A DNA stretch of 64,000 nt from Chthoniobacterales bacterium. GTDB lineage: Bacteria; Verrucomicrobiota; Verrucomicrobiia; Chthoniobacterales; Chthoniobacteraceae. The notes under the pieces were generated by a model. It had not been told where the DNA came from, did not search any database, and was given only the letters and a program-made list of their open reading frames with translations. The stretch covers positions 96,001 through 160,000 of the forward strand of contig JBBQZX010000007.1 in the NCBI GenBank assembly GCA_038207335.1, in the 5' to 3' direction. Shown here in pieces: positions 28,779 through 39,508 of the stretch. Within the stretch, counting starts at the first letter, position 1. Each line of letters starts with the position of its first letter. A program made the translations under genes and the position numbers.

Positions 28779-31700
28779 GTGAACTCCCTTCAAACTCTTT
28801 TCGCCGTCTGCGCCGTGAGCTGGGGGCTCCTCGCGCCGGGCAGCGCGGTGGAACTCATCAGCGCGGATTCCGTTTCCGGCCAGTCCGCCAAAGGCGCGAG
28901 CACTGAGCCGGCGCTGAGCAGCGACGGGCGCTTCGTGGTTTTCGCTTCGCTGGCCAGACTCACGCCGGATGACACAAATACGGTCAGCGATGTGTATTTA
29001 AAGGATCGGCTGACGGGGAAGCTCGAACGCATCTCCGATGAGCGGGGCGGCGATCAACCCATCCTGAGCGGCACCGGTCGCAAAGTCGTCTTCCGTGCAC
29101 TCGATGCCTTTCCAAAACTACGCCTGGTCGATCGCGAATTCGACCCCGCGCCGCGGACCATTTCGTTTCCCTTCGGCGGCGGGCGCTCGTTCCGTTACTC
29201 GGATTCGGCAGTGATCACACCCGATGGCCGGTACGTGGCGTTTACCTTCCGCCCCATTCCGGGCTTCTCGAATTCCTCGGAAACGCAGCTCTGTCTGGAC
29301 GATACGACGGAGCCGGATCGCAATAATCTTGGGAACATTTCCATCACGGACGGGAACAACGCCAGCTTTCTCCTGCACACCCTCGGCCGCAGTGCGATGG
29401 ATGCCGCCGCGACGTTCTTTTTCATCGAGACGGACGAAGGATTGGCCGGCTTCGATACGAACGGAGCGACCGATATTTATCGAATCGAAAGCAACGGCAA
29501 TTTTCTGCGGGTCAGTGCGGCGTCGGATGGACTGCCCAATTCGGTCGGCGAGGAGGCGGGCAAGGGCGCGCACGATCCTGCGCTGAGCGGCGATGCGACA
29601 AAGCTCTTCTTTATTTCCGACCGGCAGCTTCGCGCGGCGGATACCGATGGCGGGCCGACGATCTACCGCAGCACTTCCAATGATAACTTCAACGTCCCCG
29701 AGCCCATCCTCCCGGACGTGCGGCCGCTGGCACTCTCGCGGCAGGCGACGGGGAACGGCGACTATCTCGTTTTCCTGGGGCAACCGAAGAGGGGTTCCGT
29801 CCGGCCCTACCTGCTGAATGTGAATTCAGGGGCGCTCACCGAACTCGCTGCAAGCGCGCCCGAAGCCGGCGGTGCACCGGCGATCTCGGCGGATAATCAC
29901 ACCATCGCTTTTGTCACCAAGGCAGCCATCGCGACGTCGCCCGCGACCGACCGAAACCGCGGGGAAGATGTGGCGGTGATCGAGAACCCGGAACTCGCGC
30001 AAATCCCGACGCCCTTCGTGACGCTGACGGCACCCGCGGATGGGACAGTCATCACCACCTCGCAAACGGCCACTCTCGGCGCCAGCTCGACCAGTCCCGG
30101 CGGCGCGGTCATCCTGACTGCAGTCGAAGTGGACGGCTTCATCTTCAACTCTCGAAATGGCACCAGCGTGCCGACGGGAAATTTTGCCCTCGGCGTCGGC
30201 ATTCACAAACTCCGCGCGCTGTCGTTTACCCGCGATGGGTTGGTCGCCCAGACTGCGCTGCAGACGCTTATCGTCCGGCAGGCTTCCGCCGTCGGCCTGA
30301 CGGGTCTGAATTCACTGACGCAAAACCGGCGCGCTGACGGTTCGGTGGATTTCGCGGCCAGCGTGCGCGTGGACAATGCGATCGCCTCCTCGCGCGACGT
30401 GCGGGTGCATTTCATCGAGACAACGCCAGGCGCAAAATGGGAGCTTTTCGGCAACGCGCCCGACGATGGAGATAATCGCATTCTCGAAACCTTCACGCAA
30501 ACGCTGGCGGCCAACGGCTCGGCGAACGCCGTGATTTCCAGCAACGTGGGAGCCACGCAGGTTATTCCCGATCCGAACGGCAATTTTCAAGGCGTCGGAC
30601 GGCGCGTGGTGGCACGCCTTCAGGTAAATAACGGGGGCTCATTCGTCGATGTCGGCAACCTTTTCACCGTGCTCGAAGTATTCCCCCTGCTGGATGAAAA
30701 TACGCCCGGGCCCAACGGCGGCATTCCAGTGCTGAACGGGCCGAATGTGGCGCCTTTTAATCCGGTGACGCTCCAATCGTTGCAGATCGTCGGCAGCACT
30801 TCGGTGCCGGAATTGACGAAAGCGACCTATCGCGCCAACGCCGTCTTCAATACCGAAACCAAAGCATGCACGCCCGTCTGGTCGGTGGTGAATGGCGGCA
30901 CGTTTGCCACGATTTCGTCGAGCGGGCTGCTGACGCTCGGCAATGTCCCGTCCGCGCGCACCTTTCAAGTCAAGGCGGCGTTTGGCGGCCTGGAAACCCT
31001 CCAGAACGTGACCGTGCAACCCGTCTCGCCGGTTGTTTCCGTAGTCGCTGCGGACAAAAAAGCCGCCGAGGTCGCCGGATCCGGAAAGGTCAATCGCGGG
31101 GCATTCAAACTCGTGCGAACGCCAGCTCAAAGCTCTGCGCTGACGGTCCATTACACCATTTCCGGCACGGCGACGCCGGGTGCCGACTACGGGACGTTGA
31201 GCGGAACCGCGACTTTTCCGGCCTCGGTCGGGTCAGTGGTCCTGCCCGTGAATGTGCTCGACGACTCTTTTTTTGAAGGCAACGAAACCGTGATCGTGAC
31301 CCTCGCGTCTTCCGAAGATTACCGACTCGGGAAGGCGTCCGCCGCGACGGTGACGATCAGCGATGACGAACCGGTGCCGGTCGGGTTGCCCGACGCGATC
31401 ATCAAGCGCGGACAGGCCGTCGGCACGCTCATCTTTAGCAACGACAGCTCGCAACAGCAGTCGGTCATCGCGAAAGGCGTGCGCAACGTGGCGGCAACAT
31501 TCACCGTGCAGTTCGACAACCGCAGCGGTACCGATGCGCAGTACACAATCACCGGGGCGGGCGATTTTCTCGGGTTCAGCGTGCAGTATTTGAACGGGAA
31601 GACGGACGTGACCACGGATGTCGTCGCGGGGAATTTCAGCGCGGCCATTTCCGCCGGGAAAACCGCCAATCTCACCGTAAAAATCACGCCGTCGGATGAC

Positions 31701-31799
31701 ACACCGCTCAAAGCGGTCATGCGTTGCCCGATCACCGCGCAGGACCGCACGACGGGGTTTCAAGACGCCGTCGAAGCAGTCATCCAGCGGATCCGATAG
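28779..31799 (+). CDS. Large secreted protein: TolB/PD40-like beta-propeller, Ig-like domains and Calx-beta domain
   Basis: Signal-like N-terminus from GTG 28779; PALSSDGRFVVFAS..DTN..SDVY repeats; GTATPGADY..DDSFFEGNETV Calx-beta motif. Confidence 0.85.
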   Translation: MNSLQTLFAVCAVSWGLLAPGSAVELISADSVSGQSAKGASTEPALSSDGRFVVFASLARLTPDDTNTVSDVYLKDRLTGKLERISDERGGDQPILSGTGRKVVFRALDAFPKLRLVDREFDPAPRTISFPFGGGRSFRYSDSAVITPDGRYVAFTFRPIPGFSNSSETQLCLDDTTEPDRNNLGNISITDGNNASFLLHTLGRSAMDAAATFFFIETDEGLAGFDTNGATDIYRIESNGNFLRVSAASDGLPNSVGEEAGKGAHDPALSGDATKLFFISDRQLRAADTDGGPTIYRSTSNDNFNVPEPILPDVRPLALSRQATGNGDYLVFLGQPKRGSVRPYLLNVNSGALTELAASAPEAGGAPAISADNHTIAFVTKAAIATSPATDRNRGEDVAVIENPELAQIPTPFVTLTAPADGTVITTSQTATLGASSTSPGGAVILTAVEVDGFIFNSRNGTSVPTGNFALGVGIHKLRALSFTRDGLVAQTALQTLIVRQASAVGLTGLNSLTQNRRADGSVDFAASVRVDNAIASSRDVRVHFIETTPGAKWELFGNAPDDGDNRILETFTQTLAANGSANAVISSNVGATQVIPDPNGNFQGVGRRVVARLQVNNGGSFVDVGNLFTVLEVFPLLDENTPGPNGGIPVLNGPNVAPFNPVTLQSLQIVGSTSVPELTKATYRANAVFNTETKACTPVWSVVNGGTFATISSSGLLTLGNVPSARTFQVKAAFGGLETLQNVTVQPVSPVVSVVAADKKAAEVAGSGKVNRGAFKLVRTPAQSSALTVHYTISGTATPGADYGTLSGTATFPASVGSVVLPVNVLDDSFFEGNETVIVTLASSEDYRLGKASAATVTISDDEPVPVGLPDAIIKRGQAVGTLIFSNDSSQQQSVIAKGVRNVAATFTVQFDNRSGTDAQYTITGAGDFLGFSVQYLNGKTDVTTDVVAGNFSAAISAGKTANLTVKITPSDDTPLKAVMRCPITAQDRTTGFQDAVEAVIQRIR

Positions 31800-32023
31800 T
31801 CGTTCGGCATCGGATCGTACCGGCCACCGATCCGAGAAGCCCGTGCTCCTCCGGCCCGGGAAGCTGGGCTAGAATGGGCCGGCCCGCGCCCACGCGATGA
31901 AAGGCTGACGCGGTGCCGACACTCAGCCCGGAGAGCGGCAGCGTGCCGGCGACTAACGCCGGGGCGATGCGGGTTTCGAGCGGTTCTACGATCGAGGAGC
32001 CGGAACCTCAAACGCGTCTTCAT
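31800..32023 (-). pseudogene. Frameshifted, truncated LEPR-XLL-type secreted protein N-terminus
   Basis: Minus strand encodes SIVEPLETRIAPA (about 31957-31995), out of frame with the upstream ATG at 32023 (MKTRLRF). Confidence 0.5.
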
Positions 32024-32442
32024 TGCCGGTGCGTTTGCACCTTCCCCTGCGGACGCACGTTTTTTCAGATCGCGCGACTCTGCGCTTTTCTCGGGGCCGC
32101 GTTGCGGATGCTCATCGCGGAATCCGAAAACTCCGCGCCGGGGCCGGGCGTGCTTTGCAATGAGTGACTCCACGGCTACTGCGGGCTCTCTGCGGACACC
32201 GATTTTGAGTGCTCGCGCTCCAGCGAAGCGCTCCGGGCACTGTGGCACCGCCTTCCGCTGCCATTTTTTCCAACGACCGCCATTCCGACGGCGTTTTCTT
32301 TTGTAAGGATCGCCGCGCGGAGCATCATTCCGGGGCGCTGTCCCGACGTGAGGGCACGAGGAGATTCAAACATCTCGGCGTCCGGTGGGTTCACTCGGAT
32401 GGTCCCTTGGGGCGAATCCCCGTGCCGAATACTCCCCCCGCC

Positions 32443-33942
32443 ATGATCCGATTCGCCCTCGCCCTTCTCGCCTGTTCCCTGCCGCTTGCGACGGGGGCGG
32501 AAATCAAAATGGGTTTCGCGGAGCGGGACATCACGCCGGAGGTCGGGATGGAAGTCCCGGGCGGCTATGGCAAGGCGCTCTCGAAGAAAATCCACGACCC
32601 ATGCAAGGCGCGCTCGTGTGTCTTCGACGACGGCCAGCGCCGCGTGGCACTCGTGGGGCTCGACGCGCTGGTGGTCCCGCGCGGGCTCGTGCTCGAGGCG
32701 CGCGCGCTCATTCAAAAGCGCTGTGGGATCGCGCCGGATGGCGTGCTCATCAGCGCCTCGCATTCGCACTCCTCCGGGCCGATCGGCATGGTGCTGCCGG
32801 GCGAATACGATCATGCGTCCGCGCTCGTGCAGGATCTCGCCTACCGGAAATCCTCGGCGGCCGATCCTGGCTATCTCGTAAAGGTGCGCGACGCGATCGT
32901 GGATGCCGTGGTCGCGGCAAACGATGCGCGCGCCGCGGGGACGGTCGGCTTCGGCTCGGGCTGGGAGGAGACCGTGGCCTTCAACCGGCGCATCCGCATG
33001 AAGAGCGGGCTCGCCGCTTCGCACCCCGGCAAGGGGAACCCGGAGAACGTGGCCTTTGCCGGCCCCGTCGATCCCGAGGTCGGCGTGGTCGGCTGCTGGA
33101 ATCCCGAGGGGAAATTGATCGGCTGCGTGGTGAACTTTTCCTGCCACGCCACAGCGAACGGCCCGTGGATTTCGGCGAACTGGATCTACTACATGGAGCG
33201 CGCCATCCAAGGGTTTTATCCCGAGGCGAAGGTCGTCTTTCTCCAGGGCGCATGCGGCGACGTGACGCAGGTGAACAATCTCGACCCGCACGCGAATCCC
33301 GAGGGCGACGCGTGGTCGCAATTCGTCGGCGGCCGGGTCGGCGCGGAGGCGGTGAAGGTGCTGGTCGGCCTCTCGGAGAAGCGCGTGGCCGAGGTGCCGG
33401 TCGATTTTCGCAACAAGGTGTGGAGCATCCCGCGGCGCGTGCCCGCGCCGGAGCGGGTGCAGGCGGCACTCGAGCTCGTGCAGCAGGACCCGAAGACGGC
33501 CGGTCCCGATTGGGTGTGGGCAAAGGAAACGGTGATGCTCGACGCGCTCATCGCGCAGACGCCGAGGGTGGAAGTCGAAAGCCAGGTCATCCAGATCGGA
33601 CCGCTGGTGTGCATCTCCAGTCCGGCGGAATACTTTTGCCAGTATGGGCTCGATTGGAAAAATGGCAGCGGCTTTCCGATGACGTTTCCCGTCGAGCTTT
33701 CCAACGGCAGCGCGGGTTACGTGCCCACGCTCGAAGCGATGAGCCCCACGACCGGCGGCGGCTACGAAACGCGGCTGACCAGCTACAGCAATCTCGAGCC
33801 GACAGCCGGGGATCAGATTCGCGATGCCGGTCTGGTACTCGCGAAGCAGCTCACGCCCGGAAAGCTGCCCGAGATTCCGCTCGCACCGCCGTTCCAGGGC
33901 GCGGGCTGGCTCTACGGAAATCAGCCGCCGCAGTTGAAATGA
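32443..33942 (+). CDS. Neutral/alkaline ceramidase-like amidohydrolase, secreted
   Basis: Signal peptide from ATG 32443; DITP, ISASHSHSSGP, FNRR, NFSCHAT, FLQGACGD, GYVPT..GGYET motifs. Confidence 0.85.
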   Translation: MIRFALALLACSLPLATGAEIKMGFAERDITPEVGMEVPGGYGKALSKKIHDPCKARSCVFDDGQRRVALVGLDALVVPRGLVLEARALIQKRCGIAPDGVLISASHSHSSGPIGMVLPGEYDHASALVQDLAYRKSSAADPGYLVKVRDAIVDAVVAANDARAAGTVGFGSGWEETVAFNRRIRMKSGLAASHPGKGNPENVAFAGPVDPEVGVVGCWNPEGKLIGCVVNFSCHATANGPWISANWIYYMERAIQGFYPEAKVVFLQGACGDVTQVNNLDPHANPEGDAWSQFVGGRVGAEAVKVLVGLSEKRVAEVPVDFRNKVWSIPRRVPAPERVQAALELVQQDPKTAGPDWVWAKETVMLDALIAQTPRVEVESQVIQIGPLVCISSPAEYFCQYGLDWKNGSGFPMTFPVELSNGSAGYVPTLEAMSPTTGGGYETRLTSYSNLEPTAGDQIRDAGLVLAKQLTPGKLPEIPLAPPFQGAGWLYGNQPPQLK

Positions 33943-36692
33943 CGAAGCCCGAGATCCGCATGAGTCGCCCGCGCCGCCACTGCTCATTCGTCATCGGGGT
34001 TTCGTTCATCCTTCTTCGCTCGTCATTCGCCCAGCTCACGCCCGAGCAGGAACTCGCGACTTTCCAAACCGACCGAGCGCTCCGCATCTCACTCGTCGCC
34101 GCGGAGCCGCTCGTCGCCTCGCCGTGCGCGCTCGCGTTTGATGAAAAGGGCCGCCTCTTCGTCGCGGAAAACCGCGGTTACCCGAGCACCGCCGAGCCTC
34201 CGCAGGGGGTCGTGGCATTGCTCGAAGACACCGATGGCGACGGACGCATGGACAAACGCACCGTCTTCGCCGACGGCCTTACTTTCCCGAATGGCGTGCT
34301 ACCGTGGAAGGATGGCGTGATCGTGACATGCGCGCCGGACGTGCTTTTTCTACGCGACACCGACGGCGACGGCCGCGCCGACGAACGCCGCGTGCTGCTA
34401 ACCGGATTCGCCACGACCGGCAGCACCCAGCTCCGCGTGAACGCGCCCACCGTTGGCCCGGATGGCTGGATCTATCTCGCCGCGGGCCTGAGCGGCGGCA
34501 CGATCACGTGCCCCGAGCATCCGGAGCGGCACGCGCTGAAGATGACCGCCGACGTGCGCTTTCACCCCGATACGCTCGTGGTGGAAAACGTGGACGGCCG
34601 CTCGCAGTTCGGAATGTCGTTCGACGAATTCGGGCGCCGCTTCATCTGCATGAATCGCGTGCCCGTGCAGCACGTCGTCCTCTCCTCGAAATGGCTCGCG
34701 CGCAATCCGCGCCTCGCCTTCAGCGACACCGTGCAGGATTGCTCCGAGCGCAGCGTGCGCACCGGACTCAAGGGCGGTGGCGATGGCGTGCGTCTCTTCC
34801 CGATCAGCGCGAATCTCACCACCGCAGACTCGCACGCCGGGACGTTCAGCGCGGCCTGCGGCATCCACATTTTGCAGGGCGAATCGCTCGGGCTCGACTT
34901 CCGCGATTGCGCGTTCTCGTGCGACCCGACCGGCAACCTCGTGCATGTGGACAAGCTGACCGCGGACAGCGCGACGTTCACCGCGAAGCCGTTGCTCGCC
35001 GATCACGAGTTGCTGGCATCGCGCGACGACTGGTTTCGCCCGGTCTTCCTCGCGCCCGGACCCGACGGCGGGCTCTACATCGCCGACATGTATCGGAAGG
35101 TGATCGAGCACCCCGACTATCTTCCCGAGGCGGTCCGCGGGCGGACGGACTTCGACGCCGGGAAAGAGCAGGGCCGCATCTGGCGGGTGACACTGAAGAC
35201 GCCTCTGAAGATTCCGATCGTCCGTGAGCTCGCCGGAGCGACCATGCCGGAGCTGGTGAAGGCGATGGACAGTCAGACCGGCTGGGCGAAGGCAACGACG
35301 GTGCGCCTGCTGCTGGAGCGACGCGAAGCGGGCACGGCGGAAGCGCTGGTCGCAGCGCTCACCGCTCCCGCCACGAGTGCCACGCAGTATCGCCGGGCAC
35401 GCCTGCTCGGCGCGCTCGGTGCGGTGGATGACGCGCGACTGGCAGCTCTGCTGCAGGCGGGAGATGTCGGCATCAAGCGGGCGGGCTTGGAATTGGCGGT
35501 CGGGAATGTTCCGGCCGGATCTGCCGCGCGCGCCGCGCTCGTGCAACTCGACGAGCGGGTCGATGACCTCTGGTTCCTGCAGTTGATCGCGCTCGGCGGG
35601 GTGGACGACTGGCGGGCTTTTGCGAGATTCGCGGAGTGGAGCAAAATCCGGAGCGAAGACCGCTGGGTGCGCGCGGCTGTGCTGAGCGGCATTGGCGATC
35701 GGGACGAGGAGTTTCTAGGCGCACTAAAAACACAGTCGGACTTTGCGGTGGTGGCACGGCTTTTCGCGGAACTCCGCGGCTTGGACGACACATCGCTCGC
35801 CCGTGAAATCTTCGAGCGGGCGGCGACCGAGATCGCGTGGCAGAGCCATTCGACGGACAATCGCCAGGTCTTCGCACGCCTGCTCGGACGCAGCACCTGG
35901 GCCGCGGCGGGCAGCGCACTCACCGCGGCATTCGCGGCGGAATCCGACGATCATGCGCGCGCCGTCGTCGCCGCGAATCTCGTCGCGCTCGACGCCCGGC
36001 GGGCCGCCAGCGTGCTCCTCGCACCCCGCGCATGGGCCGGCTACGCGCCGGGCCTCCGCGAGGCGATTCTCAACGCGCTTCTTGCCCGGCGCGGGCAGCT
36101 CGACGCCGTCGTCGCCGCGCTGGAATCCGGCGCGCTGCCGGTTTCCGCACTCTCTTCCCAGCGTCGCGAACTCCTCACGAAGCACGCCGATGCCGGCATC
36201 CGCGAAAGGGCAGCTAAGCTCGTCGGCGTCGTAGAAACGGACCGCACCGCCGCTGCTGCACACGCGAATGCGGCGCTGCTTCTTGAGGCGAACGCCGGGC
36301 ATGGACGCGCGGTTTTCAAGCAGCTCTGCGCATCCTGCCACCGGCTCGAACGCGAGGGCGTCGCAGTGGGGCCGGACCTGTTGGACATCCGCAATCAGCC
36401 AAAGGAAAACATCGTCTTCCACATCGTCGCGCCCGACGCGGAGATCGCGCCGGCCTTTGCCGCATACGCGTGCGAGACGAAGGACGGGCGCAGCTTTGCG
36501 GGCATCCTCACCTCCGAGACGGCGTCAAGCGTGACGCTCCGGCAGCCGGGCGGGCTCGATGAGACGGTGCTTCGCGCTGACATCAGATCACTGACGGCGC
36601 TGCCGGGTTCGCTAATGCCGGCGGGCCTCACGGATGCTCTGATGCCGCAGGACCTTGCCGATCTGCTCGCTTTCCTCAAAGGCGAAAAGTAG
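33939..36692 (+). CDS. PVC-type heme-binding membrane dehydrogenase (GSDH-like propeller, HEAT-like repeats, C-terminal CxxCH)
   Basis: LVAAEPLV, LEDTDGDGRMD, FRPV..GPDGGLYIADMYR..IEHP, CASCH, VGPDL, SLMPAGL motifs. ATG 33939 overlaps the upstream stop. Confidence 0.92.
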   Translation: MTKPEIRMSRPRRHCSFVIGVSFILLRSSFAQLTPEQELATFQTDRALRISLVAAEPLVASPCALAFDEKGRLFVAENRGYPSTAEPPQGVVALLEDTDGDGRMDKRTVFADGLTFPNGVLPWKDGVIVTCAPDVLFLRDTDGDGRADERRVLLTGFATTGSTQLRVNAPTVGPDGWIYLAAGLSGGTITCPEHPERHALKMTADVRFHPDTLVVENVDGRSQFGMSFDEFGRRFICMNRVPVQHVVLSSKWLARNPRLAFSDTVQDCSERSVRTGLKGGGDGVRLFPISANLTTADSHAGTFSAACGIHILQGESLGLDFRDCAFSCDPTGNLVHVDKLTADSATFTAKPLLADHELLASRDDWFRPVFLAPGPDGGLYIADMYRKVIEHPDYLPEAVRGRTDFDAGKEQGRIWRVTLKTPLKIPIVRELAGATMPELVKAMDSQTGWAKATTVRLLLERREAGTAEALVAALTAPATSATQYRRARLLGALGAVDDARLAALLQAGDVGIKRAGLELAVGNVPAGSAARAALVQLDERVDDLWFLQLIALGGVDDWRAFARFAEWSKIRSEDRWVRAAVLSGIGDRDEEFLGALKTQSDFAVVARLFAELRGLDDTSLAREIFERAATEIAWQSHSTDNRQVFARLLGRSTWAAAGSALTAAFAAESDDHARAVVAANLVALDARRAASVLLAPRAWAGYAPGLREAILNALLARRGQLDAVVAALESGALPVSALSSQRRELLTKHADAGIRERAAKLVGVVETDRTAAAAHANAALLLEANAGHGRAVFKQLCASCHRLEREGVAVGPDLLDIRNQPKENIVFHIVAPDAEIAPAFAAYACETKDGRSFAGILTSETASSVTLRQPGGLDETVLRADIRSLTALPGSLMPAGLTDALMPQDLADLLAFLKGEK

Positions 36693-36723
36693 GACCGGCA
36701 TCTCCACTCGTTTCATTCCCTCC

Positions 36724-37770
36724 ATGTCTAAAAAATACAACGTCGCCGTCATCGGTTATGGTTGGGCCGCCACGGCTCACATCGCCGCGATCAATGCCAC
36801 TGCGAGCGCGCAGGTCACCGCCGTCTGGTCCTCGCGGGCTCTCAATTCTGCGGAGCTGAGCGCGCGGCACGGCTCGCCGATTCGCGCCTTCACGGACCTC
36901 GCCGCGATGCTCGCCGATCCGGCGATTCATGTCGTGGATATCACGAGCTTTCCCGATCAGCACGCCGCGCAATTCATCGCTGCGGCGCGCGCCGGAAAAC
37001 ACATCATCGTCGAGAAGCCGCTCGCGATTTCGTGGGACGAGATTTTGCAAATGAAACGTGCGGCGGAGGAAAGCGGCGCGCGTGTCTGCGTCTGTTTCGA
37101 GTGCCGGTGGTCGTCGCAATTCCTCGCGACGAAAAGCGTGCTCGATCAAGGCTTGGTTGGCGCGCTGCATTACGGCGAGGTCGATTATTTCCACGGCATC
37201 GGCCCGTGGTACGGGCAGTATCGCTGGAACACGAAAAAGGCGCTCGGCGGCAGCGCGCTGCTCACCGCCGGCTGCCACGCGCTCGATGCGCTGCTGCTCT
37301 GCATGGGCGGCGCGGTCGAGGAGGTCACGAGCTTCACCACGCAGAGCGCGCACCCGATTTTCGCCGCCTACGAATATCCGACGACCTCCACGACGCTGCT
37401 CCGCTTCGACGGCGGCGCGGTGGGAAAATGCGCGGCGGTGGTGGATTGCTTTCAGCCGTATTATTTCCACACGCACCTCGTCGGCAGCGAAGGCTCGATC
37501 CTCGACGACAAATTCCAGTCGATGAAAATCGGCGGCCTGAACAAAGCCGCGTGGAGCCGTCTCTCGATGAAGATGCTCGATAGCGGCGACGTGAGCGATC
37601 ACCCGTATCAGACGCAGTTTGAGGCGTTCTTCGCGGCGCTGGAGGCAGGTGAAAATATGCCGCTCACGAGTTTCGCGGACGCTTTCCAAACGCATCGCGT
37701 GATCGCCGCCGCGGACAAATCCGCGGCCGAAAGGCGCGCGGTGAAGCTCGACGAAATCCTCCCCGTATAG
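36724..37770 (+). CDS. Gfo/Idh/MocA family oxidoreductase
   Basis: VAVIGYG Rossmann motif, GKHIIVEKP, GCHALD. Confidence 0.92.
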   Translation: MSKKYNVAVIGYGWAATAHIAAINATASAQVTAVWSSRALNSAELSARHGSPIRAFTDLAAMLADPAIHVVDITSFPDQHAAQFIAAARAGKHIIVEKPLAISWDEILQMKRAAEESGARVCVCFECRWSSQFLATKSVLDQGLVGALHYGEVDYFHGIGPWYGQYRWNTKKALGGSALLTAGCHALDALLLCMGGAVEEVTSFTTQSAHPIFAAYEYPTTSTTLLRFDGGAVGKCAAVVDCFQPYYFHTHLVGSEGSILDDKFQSMKIGGLNKAAWSRLSMKMLDSGDVSDHPYQTQFEAFFAALEAGENMPLTSFADAFQTHRVIAAADKSAAERRAVKLDEILPV

Positions 37771-37775
37771 GCGCC

Positions 37776-38549
37776 ATGCCCGTCGCTCTCGCCATCGCCG
37801 CGCATCCCGACGACATCGAGTTTGCCATGGCGGGCACGCTGCTTTTGCTGCGCGGGGCGGGCTGGGAAATTCACTGCTTTAATCTTTCGACCGGCAACAT
37901 GGGCAGCACCGCGATGTCCGCCGCGCAGACCGCGCGCGTTCGGCGACGCGAGGCGCAGGCGGCGGCGAAAATGCTCGGCGCGAAATGGCACGCGCCCATC
38001 GCGAATGACCTCACGATTTTCTACACCGACGAAAACATCCGCCGAGTCTGCGCCGTCGTGCGCGCGGCACGTCCCGCGATCGTGCTCACGCACGCGCTCG
38101 CCGATTACATGGAGGATCACATGATCGCCGCGCGGCTCGCCGTCACGGCCACGTTTGCGCGAGGCATTCCGAATTATCGTTCGCTCCCGTCGCGAGCCGC
38201 GGTGCTCGATCCCGTCACGCTTTACCACGCGATGCCGCACGGCCAGCGCACGCCGCTGCGCGAGCCCGTGCGCCCGGAACTGCTCGTCGAGACGACTTCC
38301 GTCCACGCCACGAAACGCGACGCGCTCGCCCGCCACGCCTCGCAGCGCGCGTGGCTCGATGCCTCGCAGGGGCAGGACGATTACCTCGTCACGATGGACG
38401 GCTTTTCGCTCGCGCTCGGCAAAATGTCGCGCGGCTTTCAGCACGCTGAAGGCTGGACACGCCACCTGCACTACGGCTTCGGCGCGGAGTCCGACGACCC
38501 GCTGCGCGATGCGCTCGGGAGAAAATGCCGCCGCCTCGCGCCGCGCTGA
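37776..38549 (+). CDS. PIG-L/LmbE family N-acetyl deacetylase
   Basis: AHPDDIE, R.REA..AA..LG, DYMEDH, HASQ motifs. Confidence 0.92.
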   Translation: MPVALAIAAHPDDIEFAMAGTLLLLRGAGWEIHCFNLSTGNMGSTAMSAAQTARVRRREAQAAAKMLGAKWHAPIANDLTIFYTDENIRRVCAVVRAARPAIVLTHALADYMEDHMIAARLAVTATFARGIPNYRSLPSRAAVLDPVTLYHAMPHGQRTPLREPVRPELLVETTSVHATKRDALARHASQRAWLDASQGQDDYLVTMDGFSLALGKMSRGFQHAEGWTRHLHYGFGAESDDPLRDALGRKCRRLAPR

Positions 38550-38560
38550 ATTTTCCAATA

Positions 38561-39493
38561 ATGAACTACACGACCAGCGCCATCTCCGCCGATTGGTGGG
38601 ACTTCACTTGCATCGAAAAGGCGATCGTCGCCGATGCTGCGCGCCTCACGCCGCGCGATCTCGCGCAGCTTTCGCGGCCCGGATTTCGCGTGGCGATGCA
38701 CGACACGCTCGAGGATTTCTACCTCGCCGAAGCGCTCGAATACGTGACCGCGTGGAAGCAAAGCACCGCCGACAATCCTGTGGGAATCTGTGGCCCCATC
38801 GGCCCGACCAAGCAGCTTCCGCTCGTCGCGCGGCTCGTGAATGAACTCGGCATCGACGTGCGCGACGGGCACTTCTGGGGCATGGATGAGTGGCTCCTGG
38901 ATGGCGCAGAGACGCCCGTCACGCATCCGCTGAGTTTTGAAAAAGCCGACCGCGAGCTGTGCTTCGACCGCATCGGGCAAGCGCTGCGGATGCCCGATGC
39001 GAATCTCCATTTTCCAAAAGCCGACACGCGCGCCTACCGCGCGAGCTGGGACGCCGGCGTGCGCTGCGCGGTGATGCAGGGCGGGCAGGGCGATGTGAAA
39101 CATTGGGCCTTCAACGATCCGCTCCCGCGCCGCGACGACTTCGCGAGCCGACCGCCGACGCCTGCGGAATATCGCGCGCTGGCGACGCGCGTCGTCGAGC
39201 TGCATCCGCTCACGATCGCGCAAAATGCGCGGACGAGCGGCGGCGGAAATATTTCCATCGTGCCGGTGCAGGCGATCACCGTCGGGCCAGTCGAGACGTG
39301 GAAGGCGGAGAAAGTCTCCATCTGGCAGGCCGGCGTGCATGACAATCCGTTCGGCCAGCGGCTCACCGCGTTCATGATTTCCAAAGGTCTCGCCGATGCG
39401 TGCGTGCCGATGTCGCTGCTCGCGGAGCATCCGAATGTGGAGTTCCACTACTTCCGCGGCGGCCTCGGAACCTGCGCCATCGAGATGCACTGA
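38561..39493 (+). CDS. Glucosamine-6-phosphate deaminase/isomerase-like protein (divergent NagB fold)
   Basis: [32 protein letters not shown] motifs. Confidence 0.8.
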   Translation: MNYTTSAISADWWDFTCIEKAIVADAARLTPRDLAQLSRPGFRVAMHDTLEDFYLAEALEYVTAWKQSTADNPVGICGPIGPTKQLPLVARLVNELGIDVRDGHFWGMDEWLLDGAETPVTHPLSFEKADRELCFDRIGQALRMPDANLHFPKADTRAYRASWDAGVRCAVMQGGQGDVKHWAFNDPLPRRDDFASRPPTPAEYRALATRVVELHPLTIAQNARTSGGGNISIVPVQAITVGPVETWKAEKVSIWQAGVHDNPFGQRLTAFMISKGLADACVPMSLLAEHPNVEFHYFRGGLGTCAIEMH

Positions 39494-39508
39494 CGCCTTC
39501 TTTTTTCC

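Noticed and set aside
32385..33938. The 1435-aa ORF implies a 518-codon N-terminal extension overlapping the ceramidase-like gene
   Set aside because: The extension is Arg/Gly-rich off-frame translation typical of high-GC DNA. The real start is likely the ATG at 33939, coupled to the upstream stop.
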